A stretch of DNA of 26,687 bases from Aquificaceae bacterium (GTDB taxonomy: Bacteria > Aquificota > Aquificia > Aquificales > Aquificaceae): contig JBEPZX010000016.1 in assembly GCA_041640635.1 (NCBI GenBank), forward strand, positions 1 to 26,687, written 5' to 3'. How positions within the stretch are numbered: position 1 is the first letter of the stretch; every line of letters starts with the position of its first letter. A program made the position numbers and the translations under genes. Below the pieces are notes generated by a model, which worked only from the letters and a program-made list of their open reading frames with translations, was not told the DNA's origin and ran no database searches. This document shows, piece by piece, positions 17,414 to 25,490 of the stretch.

Positions 17414-17878
17414 CTATCCTCCAAACCTCAATTTTGATGCAAGGAATACCATGTATAAACTCAGTAACAGGTTAACCAAGCCTAAGAGCCTTGCCACCTT
17501 CGCATGAAAGCTTGAATTCACAGCCTTTACACCAAAGTAAAGGTCGTGAAATAAAGAGATCAAAACCACCAAGAAGAAAAATACCAACTTGTGCCAAAAG
17601 GTCACCGTATACGGAGAGGACAGATCAAAAAGGTTAGAAAGACCAGCAACGTTGTGAAAATTCCAAAGACCAGTTACAAATAAAAGGGATAAGGTTATAA
17701 AGGTTCCATAAAAGCTAAAACGTTTGCCTACAGCTTGGTAAATTTCGTCTTTGATGGGAAGCTTTCTCACAAAAGGCGAAACTACCAGGACTAAAAATAT
17801 CATGCCTCCTACCCAAAAGGTGGCAAGAGCAATGTGAATGAAAAGAACGATCTCTTTCACAGCAAACTCCTGTACCAC
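17414..17878 (-). CDS. Four-TM CopD/DUF4149-like membrane protein
   Basis: HIALATFWVGGMIF, LFVTGLWN, HKL...HDLYFG; four hydrophobic helices. Confidence 0.75.
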   Translation of the reverse strand: MVQEFAVKEIVLFIHIALATFWVGGMIFLVLVVSPFVRKLPIKDEIYQAVGKRFSFYGTFITLSLLFVTGLWNFHNVAGLSNLFDLSSPYTVTFWHKLVFFFLVVLISLFHDLYFGVKAVNSSFHAKVARLLGLVNLLLSLYMVFLASKLRFGG

Positions 17879-18270
17879 TCATAGAACTCTTCCGAGAAGT
17901 ATTTAATCCTTCTCTTTTTGAACTCACGCACGGAATATATTATCCGGTAATCCATTATTCCTAAATCTTTACTTACCTTCTCTATGAAGGTTTCTACCTC
18001 TTCCTTTTGCTTACCATGAACCATAGAGAATAGGTTATACTCCCAAACACCGTTGGTGGTCCTTTCGTAACAGTGAGAAACACTCCTAAAGCTTGCCAAG
18101 TGTGTTCCCACCTCTTCCAATCTTTCCTTTAGCACTCTCCAGACAACCATAGCGTTGGCGGTGTAACCAACCCTCCTGTGATACAAAATAGCGGAGATGC
18201 GCCTAAGAACACCCTTTTCTTTAAACTCTTTAAGTTTTTCTAAAAGACTTTCCTCATCCATTTCCAACAG
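17857..18270 (-). pseudogene. nirDL: 3' remnant of siroheme decarboxylase (NirDL/AhbB, Lrp/AsnC-like fold)
   Basis: LEMDEESLLEKLKEFKEKGVLRRISAILYHRRVGYTANAMVVW...VSHCYER...WEYNLFSMVHG...LYSVREFKK-like tail. Homology stops abruptly near 18270, partway through the HTH-like segment. Confidence 0.82.
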
Positions 18271-18544
18271 ACTCTGTAACTCCGTAAATAGTCCAGACTT
18301 TTGTACCTTCTTGTTTCCTGCTATCGTTATGAGAGGTAATTTAGTTATAGGTGTATCTACATCGGGAAGTGTGCCTATCGTGTCCAGGCTTGTAAAAGAA
18401 AAGCTAGAAAGTTTTTTACCTAGGAAATTAGCCGATGTAGTAAACAAGGCGGAGCATATGAGAAAAGCGTATAAGAAAAGAAAGTATGATAAGATTTTGG
18501 AAGAAATTAAACAACTCATCGATGATGTCTTTCGTGAAACTTGA
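18269..18544 (+). pseudogene. 3' remnant of precorrin-2 dehydrogenase/sirohydrochlorin ferrochelatase (SirC/Met8/CysG-N)
   Basis: LCNSVNSPDFCTFLFPAIVMRGNLVIGVSTSGSVPIVSRLVKEKLE matches the family's central and C-terminal motif; the N-terminal NAD-binding (GGGxVA) half is absent. Confidence 0.82.
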
Positions 18545-18809
18545 CGACCACCTTCCACATGACAGGAGGTATAAACAGATAAAGAATGGAACTTATAAGT
18601 ATTATCAGCTTCCAAAATATAGCTAAGTATTCTGTAACTACCATACCTAAGCCAGACAGGAACTGCAAGACTCCAAAAGCGTAGGATATTTTAGTAAGGA
18701 AGGGAAGGTCCCAAACCCTCCCAAATCCATACAGTATAGCGTAGGCGCTGGCAAAGAAAACTAGCAAAAAGCCATAAAGCATTAGTTTATATAAAACATC
18801 AGCCAGCAA
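18516..18809 (-). CDS. Small three-TM membrane protein following norB (NorH-like)
   Basis: About 97 aa and very hydrophobic; overlaps the norB end; SD GAGGAGG lies 6 nt before TTG 18809; C-terminal HERHHR. The NorH likeness is from size, hydrophobicity and position. Confidence 0.72.
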   Translation of the reverse strand: MLADVLYKLMLYGFLLVFFASAYAILYGFGRVWDLPFLTKISYAFGVLQFLSGLGMVVTEYLAIFWKLIILISSILYLFIPPVMWKVVVKFHERHHR

Positions 18810-20223
18810 CACGAGCCTCCTCAATCCTTTTGAGCTCTTCCACCCTCTTACCAGCCGTTATTAGGTCGTACATAAGTACAATGTATGCCACAAAGAAGAC
18901 AAACCCAAATAGGAGCCTCCAACTATAGGCTGATACCATCCATGGATGTTCCTGAGCTGTTATATAAGCTTCCCATGTACTACCCAATGTAGCCCTCTCT
19001 ATCATCGTTTGAGCAAAACCGGCTACTGTTAATGCTCCAACCATACCAACAATACCTATTATTAAACCTACGTAAGCCAGCTTCCAAGGAAAACCATTTA
19101 ACACGTAACCTTCCTTAACCCTCGATTGACCTAAAGCAAAATAAAAGAGTGCAACATTTGCTGCCATATAAGCTCCAAAGAACGCTAAATGTCCATGTGC
19201 TGGAGCCATTTGCGTCCCATGGCTAAATAGGTTTATCTGAGGTAATGTATGCATAAATCCCCATACACCTGCACCAAATAGGTTTCCAAAGGCTTGCGCA
19301 AAAGCCCAAAATAGAGCTGGTATGTTAACCGTTTTCAACTTATGTACACCCGCATCGTATACAGCATGCACAACCATAGCAACCAGAGGAAGCGGTTCCA
19401 TCGCTGAGAAGAATCCACCTATACCTAACCAGTACTCAGGTGTACCTATCCAGTAATAGTGATGTCCTAAACCCAATATTCCTGTGCCAAAAACCAGCAT
19501 TACTTCTACATACAACCATGCTTCTATAATCTTTCTTGGTGTACCTAGCAAATGCATCAAAAGCCATCCCATTAATACACCAACGAGCACTTCCCATGTG
19601 GCCTCAACCCAAAGGTGTACTACCCACCACCAAAAGTATTGATCAATGGATATATTAGGTGTAAAAAACATTCCAGCAAGGTAAAGACCAAACAAAGCTG
19701 CAAGATCTATAATCAGAACACCCAATATACCTGTAATCCTTTTACTTGCAAGAGTTGTAGCTATAACGTTATAAGCAACTATTAAGGCAACAGCTACAAT
19801 ACCTATATCTGCCCAACGTGGAGCCTCTATATACTCCCTACCTTCCGTTATAAACCACATGGTAAAGTAGTCAGCTGTGCCTATCTGTTTAAGCAAGTAA
19901 ACTAAAACCACAACGGCAACAGCACCAACCAATGCAAAGTATGCCAATTTACCCAGCTTTATACCTACCACCTCTCTACCTGTTTCCAGTGGTAAAAACC
20001 AGTATATACCTCCAATAAAACCCATAAGAAGCCACACAACTAAAGCGTTTATGTGAAGCATCCTATTGGTCATAAAGTTTAGAGCTCCATAGAGGAAATC
20101 TGGGTTTACAAATTGATAGGCAGCTATTAAACCAAAGATGAGCTGGGCTCCTAAAAGGATAAAGGCCGTCCAAAAGTACCAAAGAGCCAACTGCTGAGAT
20201 TCATAAAGCTTTTTTTGTTCCAT
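18799..20223 (-). CDS. norB: Nitric oxide reductase (cNOR) large subunit
   Basis: RMLHIN, GREYIEAP, WWWVVHLWVEATWE, GHHYYWIG, MEPLP, HGTQ, HGHLAFFG: all six His ligands and the conserved Glu residues are present. Confidence 0.96.
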   Translation of the reverse strand: MEQKKLYESQQLALWYFWTAFILLGAQLIFGLIAAYQFVNPDFLYGALNFMTNRMLHINALVVWLLMGFIGGIYWFLPLETGREVVGIKLGKLAYFALVGAVAVVVLVYLLKQIGTADYFTMWFITEGREYIEAPRWADIGIVAVALIVAYNVIATTLASKRITGILGVLIIDLAALFGLYLAGMFFTPNISIDQYFWWWVVHLWVEATWEVLVGVLMGWLLMHLLGTPRKIIEAWLYVEVMLVFGTGILGLGHHYYWIGTPEYWLGIGGFFSAMEPLPLVAMVVHAVYDAGVHKLKTVNIPALFWAFAQAFGNLFGAGVWGFMHTLPQINLFSHGTQMAPAHGHLAFFGAYMAANVALFYFALGQSRVKEGYVLNGFPWKLAYVGLIIGIVGMVGALTVAGFAQTMIERATLGSTWEAYITAQEHPWMVSAYSWRLLFGFVFFVAYIVLMYDLITAGKRVEELKRIEEARVAG

Positions 20224-20242
20224 GGCTAAACCTCCCTAAAAT

Positions 20243-20920
20243 TTATTGAGCAACCTTCACCTCTGGAAAGTTCGCAGGGAAACCGTTAGTGTCTATCGCA
20301 GACATCCACTTAAGATAGGCTACTATTGCCGTAGCTTCTTCCTCAGAAAGTTTTAAATTGGGCATCTTTCTGACCCATGTGGGAAACTTGTCTGGATTTA
20401 TGATCCATGTTCTCATAGCCTCTTCCTTACTTTTGGCGTTGGTTACTGGCATTATCTGTTTCTCCCATTTGGGATCGAGCCACGCTTTTGTTAGATCCGG
20501 TGCATAGTAGGCACCGTTGCCAAGAAGCGTATGACAATCCATACAGTTTCTGCTTTGGATAGCTAGTTTTCCTTCTTCCAAAATTTTGGAAGCTTCTTCC
20601 CCGCTCCAGACTTTACCAAAAAGACCAACGTCCGCCTTACCTATCACAGGCTCCATAGCTCTTCTGTCAGCGTTATACACGTATCCAATTTCTTTGTTAA
20701 TAACCGTTGGACTAGGTACCCTTTTGCTACCTACGCTTATAGCATTTAGAGAGTGGAAAGTCAGCAGTATCAGCGTAATGGTCATAACGGAGCTTGTTAT
20801 GATTGCGGCTATCTTCCAAAAGTCAGGCTCTAACCATCCCTTTCCTCTCCCTAGTATGACACTTACCACAAGGGAGATTAATACTGTGGCGACTACCACT
20901 TCTAGCCAACCTATACTCAT
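20243..20920 (-). CDS. norC: Nitric oxide reductase cytochrome c subunit
   Basis: NCMDCHTLLGNGAYYAPDLT, RKMP, YLKWMSAIDTNGFP; two N-terminal hydrophobic helices; SD AAGGAGG. Confidence 0.95.
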   Translation of the reverse strand: MSIGWLEVVVATVLISLVVSVILGRGKGWLEPDFWKIAAIITSSVMTITLILLTFHSLNAISVGSKRVPSPTVINKEIGYVYNADRRAMEPVIGKADVGLFGKVWSGEEASKILEEGKLAIQSRNCMDCHTLLGNGAYYAPDLTKAWLDPKWEKQIMPVTNAKSKEEAMRTWIINPDKFPTWVRKMPNLKLSEEEATAIVAYLKWMSAIDTNGFPANFPEVKVAQ

Positions 20921-20951
20921 GGCAGTACCTCCTTATTAAGATACATAAATG

Positions 20952-20980
20952 ATTTTATCATCAAGAATTAAACTTGTCAA
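20952..20980 (-). promoter_or_regulatory. Sigma70-type promoter of norCB
   Basis: Minus strand TTGACA (20980-20975), 17-nt spacer ending TGA (extended -10 TGn), then TAAAAT (20957-20952). Confidence 0.7.
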
Positions 20981-20989
20981 GTATTAAAA

Positions 20990-21017
20990 TTGTCAAATAC
21001 TAATAATTTCATATAAT
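20990..21017 (+). promoter_or_regulatory. Probable sigma70-type promoter of the membrane protein/hemerythrin operon
   Basis: TTGTCA (20990-20995), 16 nt, TATAAT (21012-21017); ATG at 21029 without an SD. Confidence 0.5.
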
Positions 21018-21028
21018 ATAAAAATGTC

Positions 21029-22159
21029 ATGTTTTACGTATCTAAAGTCTCACCCTACTTTTTTGCACTCGCTATCCTAAATCTTTTTGTATCCCTTTTT
21101 TACAAAGGGATGGACATAAAACTTTCGTGGATCATAGCTGTCTTCGGTTTCATAGCACATACCATTATGTCTGCCATGTATCAGATCGTTCCAAACTCTC
21201 AAAATAGGGCTTTGAAATTCCCAAAGCTGTCCTACTTTGTATTTTTTCTCAGTGCTCTTTCGTCTCTTCTGTTTTACTTAAACCAAACTTCCTATGCGAG
21301 TGCGCTTTACGCTGTAACCTCAACTTTATTTGTTTTTCATATCCTGTTATCTGTAAAAAACTACAAACCCCCCACGGTGAGGTTTTTAACTTTAGGAAGC
21401 CTTTACTTCCTTTTTGGTAGCTACCTTTTAGTTTTGCACCAACTAGGATACGTGAGCTTGGCATTTGCTATACATTTTGTAACGCTTGGGTTTATGCTCA
21501 ACGTAGTTTTTGGTGTGGAACTTGCTTGGATTCCAATGCTAACAATGGAACAGCTAAACATCAAACACGCCAATAGACTTTTTTACCTTTCCCTTTTATC
21601 CTTACCTTTATTTCTTGCATCCTTTTACTTTATGAACTACAAGGTTTTGGCTTACCTTTCCATATTGGTTTTTGTGTTTTTAGCTTTTTACCTATGGATA
21701 ATCTACAGCGTATTTGCAAACAGGAGGATGCCCAGAGAGATACCATTGGCTGTGAAGTACCTCCTTTTAGCGTTGATTTTCCTACCTTTTGGTATGCTCA
21801 TTGGAACTGTTGCATCCAGCTTAAATTTGGTTTCCCATTTAGTCCTTATACACGTGGATCTTTTGGTTTACGGATTTACAGCCACTACCATAATGGGTGG
21901 GCTTTTCCACCTCCTTCCCAGAATACTCTATGGAAAGTTTATCCAGGAGGGTAAAGAAAAGGTTTCCATATCGGATTTTGTGGATGAAGCAGGTATGAAA
22001 AAGCTTTTTCCTTTTGTGCCAGTTGGTGTGTTTCTTATGGTTTTCTTAGATGCCCTTGGTTTGTCCTCAGTATCCTTTGTGCCTTATGCAATTCTCTGGG
22101 TCGTTTTTATTAAGCATTTATTTGGGAAAATTTTCATAAAGGAGGTACAACATGTTTGA
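21029..22159 (+). CDS. Polytopic membrane protein, NnrS/heme-copper-oxidase-like three-repeat family
   Basis: About 12 TM helices; repeats FGFIAHTIMSAMYQIVP, IHFVTLGFMLNVVFGVELAWIP, IHVDLLVYGFTATTIMGGLFHLLP. Confidence 0.7.
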   Translation: MFYVSKVSPYFFALAILNLFVSLFYKGMDIKLSWIIAVFGFIAHTIMSAMYQIVPNSQNRALKFPKLSYFVFFLSALSSLLFYLNQTSYASALYAVTSTLFVFHILLSVKNYKPPTVRFLTLGSLYFLFGSYLLVLHQLGYVSLAFAIHFVTLGFMLNVVFGVELAWIPMLTMEQLNIKHANRLFYLSLLSLPLFLASFYFMNYKVLAYLSILVFVFLAFYLWIIYSVFANRRMPREIPLAVKYLLLALIFLPFGMLIGTVASSLNLVSHLVLIHVDLLVYGFTATTIMGGLFHLLPRILYGKFIQEGKEKVSISDFVDEAGMKKLFPFVPVGVFLMVFLDALGLSSVSFVPYAILWVVFIKHLFGKIFIKEVQHV

Positions 22160-22580
22160 CATTACGGGTTACCTAACGCAGGAGCACAGAGAGTGCGATG
22201 AGATTTACGCACAGGTTGAGGAACTCGTAAACCAGGAAAAATGGGAAGAAGCCATTGAGACCTTTAAATCCTTCAAGGATGAAACGCTAAGACACTTTCA
22301 AAAGGAAGAGGATGTTCTCTTTCCGGAGTTTGAGGGTAGAACAGGGATAACCATGGGTCCCACACAGGTCATGAGGATGGAGCATGCCCAAGCAAGAGAT
22401 CTAATGGAAAGAATGGAGAAAGCATTGCTCAGTAAAGATAAAGACGCTTTTATATCCATAGGGGAAACCTTCATGATCCTCATACAACAGCACAACATGA
22501 AAGAGGAGCAAATACTTTATCCTATGTGTGATCAGCATTTAGATGCTCCGGAGATTATAGACAAAATGGAAATGTTATGA
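22152..22580 (+). CDS. Hemerythrin (HHE) domain protein
   Basis: EHRECD, HFQKEEDVLFP, GPTQVMRMEH, QHNMKEEQILYPM di-iron ligand motifs; SD AAGGAGG. Confidence 0.92.
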   Translation: MFDITGYLTQEHRECDEIYAQVEELVNQEKWEEAIETFKSFKDETLRHFQKEEDVLFPEFEGRTGITMGPTQVMRMEHAQARDLMERMEKALLSKDKDAFISIGETFMILIQQHNMKEEQILYPMCDQHLDAPEIIDKMEML

Positions 22581-23764
22581 GAGTTCAAGGCTTATCCATA
22601 CAGCAAGCTCCACCTTTCATAGTGGTTTCCTCTTTTTTTATCACATCCAGCGGTCTTTGGTTTTTTCTTTCTATAATTCATAGCATAGCCATATTCAAGT
22701 CCTCCTTTACACTACCTTCCTTTATCCACACCTTTACGGTAAGTCTTGCCTTAATTACCATGTTTGGTGCCCTCTATCAGATGCTACCCGTAGTTGCGGG
22801 TGCTGTTATAGAAAAGCCCGTTAAAAAAGCTGGATTTTCCCTTTTGCTACTGTTACTGGGTGGAATTCTCTTCCCTCTTTCCTTTTACTTTGCAAACTTG
22901 GAGATAAAACTTTTAGGTGCCACTCTTTTATACCTTGCATCCATATACACCTTCTTTGTGATGAGTAGCAAACTCTACAGGTTAAAGGCTAACATACCCA
23001 CATCCTACGGCATGAAGTACGCTTTGGCAATCTTCCTGGTGGGCTTATCCTTTGGTTACTATACCATCCTATCTTACGTTGGATTTGTACCCTTCAAAGA
23101 GGAAATTCTAAAGCTACACCTTAAACTCCTGCTTTTTGGATGGATTGGACTTTTAGTTGCTTCCGTATCTTTTCGTGTTGTAGAGATGTTTTACGTTACA
23201 CAACCTTACCCAAAACTCCTTGCATACAGGTTTCCCGAAATCCTGAGTTTTTTCTTGCTTCTTAGTCCAGTGACAGACTATCCTTTGCTAATTCTGTACC
23301 TTCTGTACGCACTGATAACTATCTGGAGATTGTACAAAAGGAAAAGGAGAGTTTCAGAACCTACAATACCTTTTTGGTATCTTGGAATGCTTATGCTGAT
23401 TGTTTCATTGGTGCTCTATCCCATTTCTGAAAAGGCTTTTTATTATGCCTTTTTAATGTTCTTCAGTAGCATAATACTGGGTATGATGCAGAGGATAATA
23501 CCTTTTTTGGTTTGGTTTCATCTGAGCAACGAGGGTGTGTATCCCACACCACTTATGAGCGATATCATAAATCCAAAGAGAATTAGGCTAAGCTTTTATC
23601 TACTTTGTTTGATGTGTTTGTCTCTGATGTTAAGTTTGTTGGTAAACCAATTCATTTACGTCTTTGCAATGGCTTACCTTCTAACCTCTTTTACCATACT
23701 TTACAATGTGCTCAGTGGTTCTTTTGTATACTTTAGACTCAAAAAGAGACCCATGTTTGGTTAA
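22577..23764 (+). CDS. Polytopic membrane protein, paralog-like to 21029..22159
   Basis: N-terminal GLSIQQAPP; repeats IHTFTVSLALITMFGALYQMLPV, LHLKLLLFGWIGLLVASVSFRVVEMF, SIILGMMQRIIPFLVWFHL; ATGA overlap with the hemerythrin gene. Confidence 0.7.
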   Translation: MRVQGLSIQQAPPFIVVSSFFITSSGLWFFLSIIHSIAIFKSSFTLPSFIHTFTVSLALITMFGALYQMLPVVAGAVIEKPVKKAGFSLLLLLLGGILFPLSFYFANLEIKLLGATLLYLASIYTFFVMSSKLYRLKANIPTSYGMKYALAIFLVGLSFGYYTILSYVGFVPFKEEILKLHLKLLLFGWIGLLVASVSFRVVEMFYVTQPYPKLLAYRFPEILSFFLLLSPVTDYPLLILYLLYALITIWRLYKRKRRVSEPTIPFWYLGMLMLIVSLVLYPISEKAFYYAFLMFFSSIILGMMQRIIPFLVWFHLSNEGVYPTPLMSDIINPKRIRLSFYLLCLMCLSLMLSLLVNQFIYVFAMAYLLTSFTILYNVLSGSFVYFRLKKRPMFG

Positions 23765-23774
23765 CTTTTAATTT

Positions 23775-25490
23775 ATGGAGCACTTCCTAATTGGTACAGC
23801 GGGGCATGTGGATCATGGAAAAACAACCTTAGTAAAAGCTTTAACAAATATAGACACGGACAGACTGCCAGAAGAGAAAGCTCGTGGTATGAGCATAGAC
23901 ATGGGTTTTGCTTTTTTGGAGTTTCCAGATATAAAAATAGGAATCATAGACATACCTGGACACGAAAGATTTATCAAAAATGCCATATCAGGCTTAGCTA
24001 CAGTTAACGGCTTACTTCTCATAGTGGATGCCAAAGAAGGCATAATGCCTCAAACTATGGAACATCTATATATAGCCAAGTGCTTTGGAATAAAAAGTTT
24101 ATGCGTAGCCATAACAAAAGTGGATTTAGTAGATGAAGAAACCGTGTTGCTTGCTCAAGAGGAAATAAAAGAAACCGTTAGGAGTTTAGATCTGGATGTT
24201 TTTGGTTACTATCCTGTATCCTGTTTAGAAGGCTTGGGGTTGAATGAGCTAAAAGAGGGTTTAAGACTTTATTCCAAACAACTATGTATAGACAGAAAGG
24301 ATGAGTTCCTTAAAGTGTGTTTGGATTCCGCTTTTGTCGTAAAAGGTCATGGAACTGTTCTCAGAGGTAGCTGTGTATCTGGGAAACTACAAGAAGGAGA
24401 CACCATAGTAGTAGAACCTATAGGTTACACGGCTAAAGTGAAAAAGCTTCAAACACATGGGAAGTTCGTAAACCACGTCCAAAGCGGACAAAGAGTAGCT
24501 ATAAATGCACCATCCATCGATTACCAAGCTATAGAAAGGGGGTTTTGGGTAATAAAACCTGAACAACTTATAAAGTCTGACAAAGTGATATTGAGGGCTA
24601 ATATAAAAGCTGGGAAAACCTACCAATTCTTTTTTGGTATGAGATGTATTACAGGAACAGCCAAGAGAGTATCCGAAGACATTTTTCTGATAAAACTCCA
24701 AGAACCCGTCATATGTGTGAGTGGTGACAGAGGACCTGTGCTTTCTACGGATGGTAAGTTACAATGCTGCTACCAAGTTATACATCCGTTACCCAAACGA
24801 GTATCCAAAAACTTTATAAGGAGTAATCTTGACATCTTGGAGAAAGACCTAATCCAATACGCACTCCTTGAATGGGGAAATACTGGAGCGGATTTAACCC
24901 TTATAAACTCATTGCACGGCAAAGCCATAAATCCAACCCAGATAAACGCCTACAAACTGGGAAACAAATTGTTTCATCATCAAAGTATTAACAACGCAAA
25001 GGAAAAACTTTCAAACCTCTTGAAAGAAAACAAAGGTCTTATAAGAAGGTCCCAAGCTCAACTTAAACTTAAAGTCGGAGATGAAGTGTTAAGATTTTTA
25101 GTTTCCGACAGTAAAGATTTAACTTTTGTGGAAGACTTTATCGTAAATACAAAACTTGCTCAATTGGAAAACATAGAAAGCTTTAGAAGTCTTATGCACT
25201 TTTTAGAAGATGGTATAAAAGAAGAAAAGCAACTGCAAAGCTACAAAGATATACTCCACCTATGCGTAAAAAGGGGATACGTGCATAGTTTGGGAGATTT
25301 CTTATATATAGGTGATACTTTATTGAAGAAGTATATCGCTGTGCTAAGAGAACTAGGAAAAGAGTTTGATGTGCAAGCTGCTAAAGAAAAACTTGGACTC
25401 ACCAGAAAGTATCTCATTCCACTTCTTGAGTATATGGATACAATGGGCATTACAAAGAGAGAAGGTCAAAGGAGGGTGTTCCTAAGATGA
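23775..25490 (+). CDS. selB: Selenocysteine-specific translation elongation factor
   Basis: GTAGHVDHGKT, DRLPEEKARGMSIDMGF, DIPGHERFIKN, and the C-terminal winged-helix motif LGLTRKYLIPLLEYMD...TKR. Confidence 0.95.
   Translation: MEHFLIGTAGHVDHGKTTLVKALTNIDTDRLPEEKARGMSIDMGFAFLEFPDIKIGIIDIPGHERFIKNAISGLATVNGLLLIVDAKEGIMPQTMEHLYIAKCFGIKSLCVAITKVDLVDEETVLLAQEEIKETVRSLDLDVFGYYPVSCLEGLGLNELKEGLRLYSKQLCIDRKDEFLKVCLDSAFVVKGHGTVLRGSCVSGKLQEGDTIVVEPIGYTAKVKKLQTHGKFVNHVQSGQRVAINAPSIDYQAIERGFWVIKPEQLIKSDKVILRANIKAGKTYQFFFGMRCITGTAKRVSEDIFLIKLQEPVICVSGDRGPVLSTDGKLQCCYQVIHPLPKRVSKNFIRSNLDILEKDLIQYALLEWGNTGADLTLINSLHGKAINPTQINAYKLGNKLFHHQSINNAKEKLSNLLKENKGLIRRSQAQLKLKVGDEVLRFLVSDSKDLTFVEDFIVNTKLAQLENIESFRSLMHFLEDGIKEEKQLQSYKDILHLCVKRGYVHSLGDFLYIGDTLLKKYIAVLRELGKEFDVQAAKEKLGLTRKYLIPLLEYMDTMGITKREGQRRVFLR

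Noticed and set aside
18197..18268. N-terminal part of the 115-aa plus-strand ORF
   Set aside because: It is antisense to the nirDL remnant and has no SirC-like sequence; the ATG at 18197 looks fortuitous.
17857..18615. 252-aa minus-strand ORF as a single genuine gene
   Set aside because: Its first ~115 codons are the antisense of the sirC-like remnant or an alternative frame of the small nor ORF; only the part below ~18270 has recognisable homology. A translated chimera cannot be strictly excluded but has no support.
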